Shown one piece after another: positions 56,501-64,000 of a stretch of DNA of 64,000 nucleotides (the stretch's first letter is position 1; each line of letters opens with the position of its first letter). The notes beneath the pieces were generated by a model, which was not told the origin of the DNA, searched no databases, and saw only the letters and a program-made list of their open reading frames with translations. Both the position numbers and the translations under genes were made by a program. The stretch is from Paramoeba atlantica (taxonomy: Eukaryota > Protista > Discosea): positions 62,001 to 126,000 of the forward strand of contig CDRNVI010000027.1 in NCBI GenBank assembly GCA_977017575.1. Direction: 5' to 3'.

Positions 56501-59500
56501 TTTGGCGGAGTAGGCACCGCTGAAATACATCAACGTGCGATTGGGTTGTAAATGGAAGTAGGACGAGCGAATGGGTGGTCCCCGCGTCACCCGTTCGCAA
56601 GCTGGGAGAGGACAGAAGTGTTGTGGGATTATTTAATTTTGTTATGTTATGACCGGTCATACAGTATTCATATGAATTTTGAATGTGCATAGAATTGAAC
56701 GTATCAAATATCAGATAGAAGAGGGGAATGAAGATATTGTTTTGCTTAGTGCTTTCTTTCTTTCTTATAATATTTATGATGCACAATTCTCATAGTTTAC
56801 GGAGAGAATTGGGCGAATAAATTATTTACGTTATACCAGTTTATCTATTGTGTGATGGCCGAGGGGCATTGTACCTGTTGTAAGAATTCAACTGATTTGA
56901 TATATACACCCCCCAGATGTAACCCCATGTGTATACAGACGAATATGACGTTTGCTATGGTGATTATAAATTCAAGACTTTATTTCCTTTGTTAATTCGC
57001 GACAGTTAAAGTTTCCCCACCCGCCAAACCCCCTAACCACTCCCCGCGTCACCCGTTCGCAAGCTGGGAGAGGACAGAAGTGTTGTGGGATTATTTAATT
57101 TTGTTATGTTATGACCGGTCATACAGTATTCATATGAATTTTGAATGTGCATAGAATTGAACGTATCAAATATCAGATAGAAGAGGGGAATGAAGATATT
57201 GTTTTGCTTAGTGCTTTCTTTCTTTCTTATAATATTTATGATGCACAATTCGATAGAAAACTCTGAGAAGCAACAAAAAGGCAACAAGACCACAGGGACA
57301 CAAGGAGTACGCACGGCACTGAAGAAACTAGTCAATGACGAGCACGAAAAACTTGCGGCAGAGCTGAAAACAAAACCACGTTTCAGTGGAGTTATGAAGC
57401 GCTCGAAGGAAGCAAATTTTCATCTCCTCTCGACCAACAACTACGTAAACCCGTACCTCTTCCAGCAAACGCTCAAGATGAGGCTGGCCGTCAGTCTCCC
57501 TTCTTCGAGTAATATCTCCTGTCCTGGATGCGGGGTCAGTGAATCGCCCTCCGGAATATTTCCACACGTTGCAGGTTGCTCGAAATGTGCTGGGATGAAC
57601 TGTACGAGAAAACACTCACACATTGTTCGATACCTTTCAAATCTATGTGGAAAAGCTGGACTCCCATGTGCGGTGGAACCGCGTCTGTATTCATCGTTCT
57701 TTTGCACGAAGTGTAAGTGCTCTATTTCACCAGAAGCAGCGGAGAGACACCCATGCAGAGCTCGTCGTATACGTTCGGGCCCCGATCTGGCCATAATGTG
57801 GCCAGATATTGGAGAAGTCCTCTACGATGTCACAGTCGTACGATAAAGGTACAGTATCGTAACGATAAAGATACAGTTTCTGTACCTTGTTGAATTCTTT
57901 TCTTAATCTTTCTCACGTTCCATGGTTCTAACTCGCTCTAAAGCAAAACAGGAATCCAACTTTGATCGCGAAGCACAAGCTCGAGAGGGCGCGCACAAGC
58001 TCGGTTCATGGGACCAGTTTCAGGCAAACAAAGACCTGGTTAAAGGCGCTAGCACATACAAGGAAGAGCTGTACACGACACCACTTCCGCCGGATCCTTC
58101 ATCAGAATTAGAACAACGGGCCGAAGACATTGCCCTCAGCATTACGAACTCTATCGAAGGCGTGACACCAGACACAGGGCGTCAGCAAACGAGCTCGGAA
58201 GAAGAATTATTTTCCAGCGTCCGTCCCACCGAGAATTCCGTTTTCCAGTTTTTTTTTTTTTTTTTTTTTTTGCTATTCACAAATGTCGCTTGCAACACTT
58301 ATGACCACGGAGAGACGGGCGAGACGTGATCTCCTTTACCCCCCATTATCTTCCCTCTACCTTATATCCCATACCGTAAACTTATAATAGCTATATTAAT
58401 TATACTTTTTTTTTTCTTCAAGTTTCCAATGTTTTTGTTTTTAATGTCAAATTCTAGAGGCCCATGTTTTGTGAATCGTCATTAGATAAAAAATTTCTCA
58501 GCTGAGAGAATATAATCGACCCATTTAACTCCTGCAGGCACAGAGAAAATTCGTTCAGTGTTCGGACCCTATCAAGTCCGCTGCAGTCCGCCAACGTATG
58601 CAACAAGTGCCGGAGCCCGTGATGCATAGCACCACCGGAGAGGACTGGGAGGCATACGAAACGCTCTTGAGGTATCATCCCGGAAGCCACGTATGTGCTG
58701 TGCTTGCGCGTAATGGCCTCTCTCATCAGGGTACCGCTACGTTTCCGTGCATTAGTGGGCGCCAGCTCGTGAATTATTGTTAGGTCATAAAAGATTTCCC
58801 CAGTTGCCCAATGTATTACAATGTCAGGTCCTGACCGATGGAGGCTCGCATTTCTACAAACTTTTTGATGATCAGTTTTTCGCCATTGTGGGAACGATTC
58901 CCCGCATGTAGAGCATTTAAAAGAAGTAAACTGTCGAGGTTCCCTTTCGCATGGCACACCCGCCTTCATGCACAGTTCATAGATAATACGCACCAGATTA
59001 TTATGTTTCATTGTTGTATTATTTCCGGAACACTGGACGCATCCAGCTATGTGCGAAAAGGCTGATGAAGAATCCAGAAGGGTGCGACATCCTGGGCATT
59101 GCAGACTTTCGGGAATACGAGGGTGGCTTAGACCAAGACGTGGCATCAAAGCTAATGTGAAGAATTTGGAAGGCACTAACTTTGCCGTCGAATGAAGCCA
59201 CGCGGAGTTCCCTTTTTCACTTGCTGCTCTCAGCACTGGTGCAATTTTCGGGTCCTTACTCAACGATTCTTTCTCCAGTTCGAAGGGGCCGCTCCTTCTT
59301 CACTCAGCCAATCGAAATCTACAAACAAGGCTGTGAAGGAGAAATGCGAGCGCCACAACCGGGGGATAGCTCGTACCGAATACAATTATGACGACGACAA
59401 ATTAATTTTCCCCGACCTGACGCCTCAAGACCTCGACTTTTCGTTGAGCGGTGGAACCAAAGTAAGGAAAAAGAAAAAGCGCCCTAAAGGGATCTCACTT

Positions 59501-59825
59501 TCCCAGCTACATACCCAGTTATGCACCGAGTCTGGGGGCGACAGTGATGACCGTGACTCCACAGATGCGTCAACAAGTGTTCACAGCTCTCCGGCTGAAT
59601 CACCCCTGAAGAAGTTAACCCCGAAAACGGCTGTAGGCAAACGTAAACGTCCCCAGCAGGTGTCGAAAACTACCTCCCCTGACGCCCCCAAAGCTGAAAC
59701 AATGAACAATGCCCCCGAACCGACCCCAACCCAAAACTGTGCGATAGAAAAAACACACACCACGCATGAAAATACGCGAAAATGTCCCTTCGAGGGATGT
59801 ACTTGGAAAACAGGGCCCCACGGGG
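53528..59825. repeat. 6.3-kb direct duplication, copy 2 (family B 53647-56388, YR right end 56389-57251, SL 57860-57892, LsmAD element 5' part to 59825)
   Basis: Same ORFs as 40847-47136; extra 10-nt TAATTTTATA duplication near 53600. Confidence 0.95.
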
Positions 59826-62800
59826 CAAGCAAGGAAACGGGTCATCAGGGAGAAGGCGATTAACCATCATGCGGGCCTGAAGGCGCATGAGGGTCACGTT
59901 TAACTCCGTGAAGATTCTGCTCGTCGCCCCCCCTTCTGTCAATAACCCGCACGAGGCGTGCGAAAGCCGTTCTCCAACTTTACGGAGTACTGCGGATGCA
60001 CTGCTGCTCCACGCACCGTAGCTCTCCACCACCATGGCGGTGAAGGCACAGCCGGCTTCTTCAGATTCGTGTCTCTGCTGGCCCTTTTGCGTTGATGAAT
60101 ATTGTTCAGCAAATGACCCCGCGGTTACCCAGCTAGCATTCCGGACTTTGTCCGTATATTTTAGTTGCTGAGCATGGGTGACCGCGAAGTCAAGTACAAT
60201 CGGATTCCCCAACTGGAGACCGGGCAAATAGACATCGCCGGGTCTGGTGAGGGCGCCCCCTGGGCCTCTGTTGCCAAGACTTTTTTCTCGTTGTGGGGCC
60301 AGTTTGGCTCTGCTGCAAAGGTCGGCGAACTGATCTGCCACGGCATTATGCCTCGTGATAATTCCATTGCCGTGTTTGCAGGACAATGCGTGGTCCCCTT
60401 TGGTGTCCAGTGGGAGAGAACATTTCGGCATAGGGCATTTCCCTTCTTCAGGGTAGACGTCGATCCCTAACCACCAGCGGGCCAAGGTTCGAAACTCTGT
60501 AGGAGTAAAGGAATACCCCATGTCCTTAGACGGGGTTACAAAAGCCCAACTGCTTGCCCCTTTCCCGCATTGAGATATCCATCTTGTTCGTGTTCGCACA
60601 TCTGACATCTCGTACGAATGAGAGAAATCATAGGCCGCGATCGCGTAGCTGATGTCTCGTTGGCGTGGAATCTTCCCTTTCCTCCATTGTGGTGGATCTG
60701 TATCAGTACAATCCTCCGAGGCATATAATGGTGTAGATAAGTGGATATCTTCAGGGATGTGCATGGTGCGGGAAGTTGTACGGAGCGCGGGTGGTAGGGA
60801 GTTCTCTGAGGGAGGGTTATCGTTGACACTTAGGGTACGTTTCCTTTTTCGGTAAAAGAAGGGACTACTAACTGCTTTTTCGCAAGGGGCGTTCGGCGTT
60901 GTAAGGATCCGACCTCGGGGATCAAGTAAAGATGTTCCAGCTTTCTGGTTGATGTCCCTGACAGCTTCCACAAATCCATCCGCATCAGAGGGGTTCCATG
61001 AATCTTTGTCCGCAGAGAAGGCGACGGAAGATACGTATGCGGCAGTGGCGTGTAACGCTGCGGATCTTAACCCAAAACCGCCGTGCCGCTTCAAACGTTG
61101 TGCCTGAGATCGGGCGTAGGGGTCCAGGGGGCAAATTATAGCTTCGATGGCGGTCATAAGAAAATCGTCGAGTCGGGCGCAGAGATGGGCTATGGTTTGG
61201 GGTGGTGTGCTTCTCAGGGCGTAGACCATCTGGCAGAAACCGGCACACTGCCTGATAAGAGCAAGTGCAACCTGTGGGTCCCGAATGGTGGCGATCGCGT
61301 CGAGCGTATCCTCAGCGGGGCCTATGGCGTGGATCGCGAGATACTCTGAGCAGTGTTCGGGCGATCCCACCGGGCTTCCAAGGATGTCGAAATTGCCATG
61401 GACGTTGATCTTATTGACGGGTATGTCTGGAAATTCAGAGGCGTGGTGTGCCGAGGTCGGGGGTGTAATGATCTCGCATTTAGACATGTTAAGGAATAAG
61501 CCCCATTGCGGACCTACTCTGGCAATCGTGTCGAGGGCGTTCCTGACGTCTTGCGCCTGGCCAATGAGGACACCGTCGTCGAGGTACCACAGCTGGGCGA
61601 AGAGGTCCGCCTGAAGATCGATTGCTTCTGAGAGCGCTAAGGACACTAATGAGAAGAGTAGCGGTCCTAAAGGGTCGCCCTGCTGCACTCCTTCTTCGGA
61701 AGAAAGTGATCGGAGTCCGTAGGTAAGGGAGCTGGGATTTGCGTAGCACCAGTTTATCCATGGGAATAGCTCAGGGAAATGTTCCTGGACTAGAGGTAGA
61801 AAGCAAGCTCTGCTCACGTTGTTGAACGCGTTCCGGAGGTCAACTTTGCATAGTACAAAATTGGGGCAATCCATGTTCGATGAAATAGCCAAGCGGCACA
61901 TGTGGATTATGCGCTCAGCCCCTGCTGGTGTAGCTACACCATATTGCCGACCAGCGAAAAGAGTACTAGCTTTGGACCGAACCGCGTTGCACGCAGCCTT
62001 GCTCACCAACCGTCTCACAGTTTCTCCTGCGGCAATTGGGCGGACGTCGTTTTCGCCTTTCTCTAAAGCGCACAGCCGGGCTCCAGCAAAGTGGCTCTGT
62101 ACTTCCACTGGTGCTTTTCCCGCTAGGAGGTGATTCGCCAGCTTCGTTAGAGACTGGAGTGAATTAATGTTCTTGCCTCCGTGGGTAAGTATCGCCGCTT
62201 GTAAGTGCTCGGGGCGCAGTCCCATTGTGCCCGCGGAGGAGCCTCGGTGAAAACCCCTTACCGCCTTCTCAATTTCGGATTCATCCAACTCCAGGGGTGC
62301 TGCAGCGGGGAAGTGGTTGACGCTCCCAGGGATGAGCAGACGGCAGGGGTGTTTTTCTTGTAGCTTAGAGAACGTGGCATCATCGTCCGGAGCCATTGGA
62401 TCCGACGTTAGAGCAGCCATGCCTCTGGAATATTCCCCCTGCCGAACGAGGAGTTCTGCCCTTAGTGTGGCTTTCTCTTCTTCATCACTAACCTCGGTAG
62501 GGGTTGCTTCCTTTTTGCGGTAGGTCGTCAAGGCCTCTTTCCAGAGGAGGGAATAATCCAACGCAAGCCAACGCTGCATGCAACTGTAGGCGTGGGAAGC
62601 ATATGCCATGTGGCCTTTGCGGCCTCCACGGCGTGGGGCGGGGAGGACACATTTGGGTAGCATGGCCAGCAAGGTCCACGACTGCAGTGAATTGTCTTTG
62701 ACGGCGTTATCCAAGGTCTCCGTAAGAATTTCACCCCACAGCTGGCGGCATCGATGTGGTACGTCCTTGCATGTACTAAGCGGTAGCGAGCAGATAGTTG

Positions 62801-63806
62801 ATAAAGATGGAAGCTCAAGCTGAGTGATTCCGGCTCTCCGTCCTGGGCTCTCCGCGTCAGGAAGGGTTTGCGCATGAAGCTCGGATGGCGGAGAGGCCAT
62901 TGTTGCTTTGCAGCTATGGGAGTGATATGAACGTTTGTTTTTGTCGTAGTTTCGCCCGCAAGAAGAACAAAGGAAGCGACCTTCTACATCCCACCACTCT
63001 GCGGGAATGCTGCTTCCGTGCCGGCAAGCGACGTGGTTGTAAAAAGCTTGCCACGACCCGCCGTGTGGCAAGCTCCGCCATGAACATCCCTGAGCCGGGC
63101 ACTGTCGAGAATCGTCTCCGTTGAGGGGAAAAGATGCGCCTTGTGATCCGGAGTACCCATCTTCCTGTTGTCCTTGACTCAATTCTGCTGAGACAGTGTT
63201 CTCTGCAGAATTGGTTGCTGGGGGCATTCCTCGTCGTTGCGATGGTGGGGGATAGGGGGCAGCTTGGTCGTGAATCGTGGATCCAGCGGACGCAGTCTGT
63301 ATTTGGGTTGTCGTTAGTTGCGTCGAACATGGATCAAGCTCCATTGCAAGCAAATCTTCCCTATCGCGTAACTCATTGTCGTGTACCCTATGGTCCGCCT
63401 CTTCCGTTTTTCTGAAAGTGGTTTTCTCTCGCGTCTTGGGAGTTTTTATGAGGCCTCGAATGTGCCCTTTAGTACAAGGAGATGAGGTGGATGCTTTACG
63501 CCGTACAAACTTCTTTGCAACAGAATCTTTGTCAGACTGTGGTGCTTTAACCTCGTGACCTGGGCCGATGAGCACCCGAGAGTGATTCATTTCTTCGTCG
63601 CTTCCATCTTCGCGTCCTGTGTCAGGTGTCGGTTTTCCGTGTGAAATCGAATCAGCTTTTTTGCACCAGTCTTCAGGGATATTCGTAGGAATGGGAGTGG
63701 TGTATAGAAGTTCGTTGTAGGTACTCGGCTGGTTAATGAGGTGCGCATTACCTTCAAATTGATCCCAGGATCCTGTTTTATGAGTCGACTCCTCTTCGCC
63801 GGTCAT
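59670..63806 (-). CDS. Family A polyprotein (LsmAD, C2H2 fingers, RT, CCHC, RLE); native sequence ends about 59826, where it reads into the neighbouring duplication
   Basis: Full SL 63855-63887, ATG 63806 (MTGEEE). No internal stops. GVQQGDPLGP, WYLDDG, RPGDVY...LDFAVT. Confidence 0.9.
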   Translation of the reverse strand: MTGEEESTHKTGSWDQFEGNAHLINQPSTYNELLYTTPIPTNIPEDWCKKADSISHGKPTPDTGREDGSDEEMNHSRVLIGPGHEVKAPQSDKDSVAKKFVRRKASTSSPCTKGHIRGLIKTPKTREKTTFRKTEEADHRVHDNELRDREDLLAMELDPCSTQLTTTQIQTASAGSTIHDQAAPYPPPSQRRGMPPATNSAENTVSAELSQGQQEDGYSGSQGASFPLNGDDSRQCPAQGCSWRSLPHGGSWQAFYNHVACRHGSSIPAEWWDVEGRFLCSSCGRNYDKNKRSYHSHSCKATMASPPSELHAQTLPDAESPGRRAGITQLELPSLSTICSLPLSTCKDVPHRCRQLWGEILTETLDNAVKDNSLQSWTLLAMLPKCVLPAPRRGGRKGHMAYASHAYSCMQRWLALDYSLLWKEALTTYRKKEATPTEVSDEEEKATLRAELLVRQGEYSRGMAALTSDPMAPDDDATFSKLQEKHPCRLLIPGSVNHFPAAAPLELDESEIEKAVRGFHRGSSAGTMGLRPEHLQAAILTHGGKNINSLQSLTKLANHLLAGKAPVEVQSHFAGARLCALEKGENDVRPIAAGETVRRLVSKAACNAVRSKASTLFAGRQYGVATPAGAERIIHMCRLAISSNMDCPNFVLCKVDLRNAFNNVSRACFLPLVQEHFPELFPWINWCYANPSSLTYGLRSLSSEEGVQQGDPLGPLLFSLVSLALSEAIDLQADLFAQLWYLDDGVLIGQAQDVRNALDTIARVGPQWGLFLNMSKCEIITPPTSAHHASEFPDIPVNKINVHGNFDILGSPVGSPEHCSEYLAIHAIGPAEDTLDAIATIRDPQVALALIRQCAGFCQMVYALRSTPPQTIAHLCARLDDFLMTAIEAIICPLDPYARSQAQRLKRHGGFGLRSAALHATAAYVSSVAFSADKDSWNPSDADGFVEAVRDINQKAGTSLLDPRGRILTTPNAPCEKAVSSPFFYRKRKRTLSVNDNPPSENSLPPALRTTSRTMHIPEDIHLSTPLYASEDCTDTDPPQWRKGKIPRQRDISYAIAAYDFSHSYEMSDVRTRTRWISQCGKGASSWAFVTPSKDMGYSFTPTEFRTLARWWLGIDVYPEEGKCPMPKCSLPLDTKGDHALSCKHGNGIITRHNAVADQFADLCSRAKLAPQREKSLGNRGPGGALTRPGDVYLPGLQLGNPIVLDFAVTHAQQLKYTDKVRNASWVTAGSFAEQYSSTQKGQQRHESEEAGCAFTAMVVESYGAWSSSASAVLRKVGERLSHASCGLLTEGGATSRIFTELNVTLMRLQARMMVNRLLPDDPFPCLPRGALFSKYIPRRDIFAYFHAWCVFFLSHSFGLGSVRGHCSLFQLWGRQGR

Positions 63807-63854
63807 ATTAAAGGAACCGCGTACCTGCAAAAAGATGGAATAAGGAAAATAATT

Positions 63855-63887
63855 CAACAAGGTACAGAAACTGTATCTTTATCGTTA
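63855..63887 (-). other. Full spliced-leader exon copy
   Basis: Reverse complement TAACGATAAAGATACAGTTTCTGTACCTTGTTG, identical to 23203-23235 and 45169-45201. Confidence 0.9.
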
Positions 63888-64000
63888 ATATTTTATTTTT
63901 TTATCTTTTTATTTCCACAGAAGTATATTTTCTTTTTCTTTTTTCTCAGCCCAAAACTAGCAATTCAATCTCCCCTAGGTATATACGACAAACAAGACAC

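Noticed and set aside
40847-59825. Large duplications as assembly artefacts
   Set aside because: Copies differ by substitutions, indels and copy-specific insertions with TSDs. Not fully excluded without reads.

Overview
This window has no recognisable housekeeping genes. It is a dense, recently active nest of retroelements from a trans-splicing euglenozoan (kinetoplastid- or diplonemid-like; species not determinable here). Three groups are present. (1) Single-ORF non-LTR retrotransposons with RT and a restriction-like endonuclease (CRE/SLACS-like), in two families: family A (C2H2 fingers, GVQQGDPLGP, WYLDDG, RPGD) and family B (GVRQGS, [FY]xDD, SGPDL). (2) Tyrosine-recombinase retroelements of VIPER/Ngaro/PAT architecture (gag-CCHC, YR, RT-RNase H, split direct repeats A...B-A-B), as a tandem dimer plus solo A-B remnants of two further subfamilies. 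(3) Small RTE-clade and RNase H fragments. The main signal: the RLE elements begin with a 33-nt spliced-leader exon (TAACGATAAAGATACAGTTTCTGTACCTTGTTG) joined directly to a short 5' UTR and the ATG, so they are retroposed trans-spliced mRNAs. One carries a second relict leader starting exactly after the leader's own internal AG, which suggests the pasted leader is reused as the splice acceptor. Family A elements carry swappable N-terminal modules: an Ataxin-2/Pbp1-type LsmAD motif in two members, and twin Mer3/HFM1-like Cys/His motifs plus a long hydrophobic segment in another. The window is further shaped by a slightly diverged inverted duplication (1-4600 vs 10619-17382), a 6.3-kb direct duplication (40847-47136 vs 53528-59825) and nested insertions with 6-8 bp target-site duplications. 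All domain calls are by eye, without database searches.
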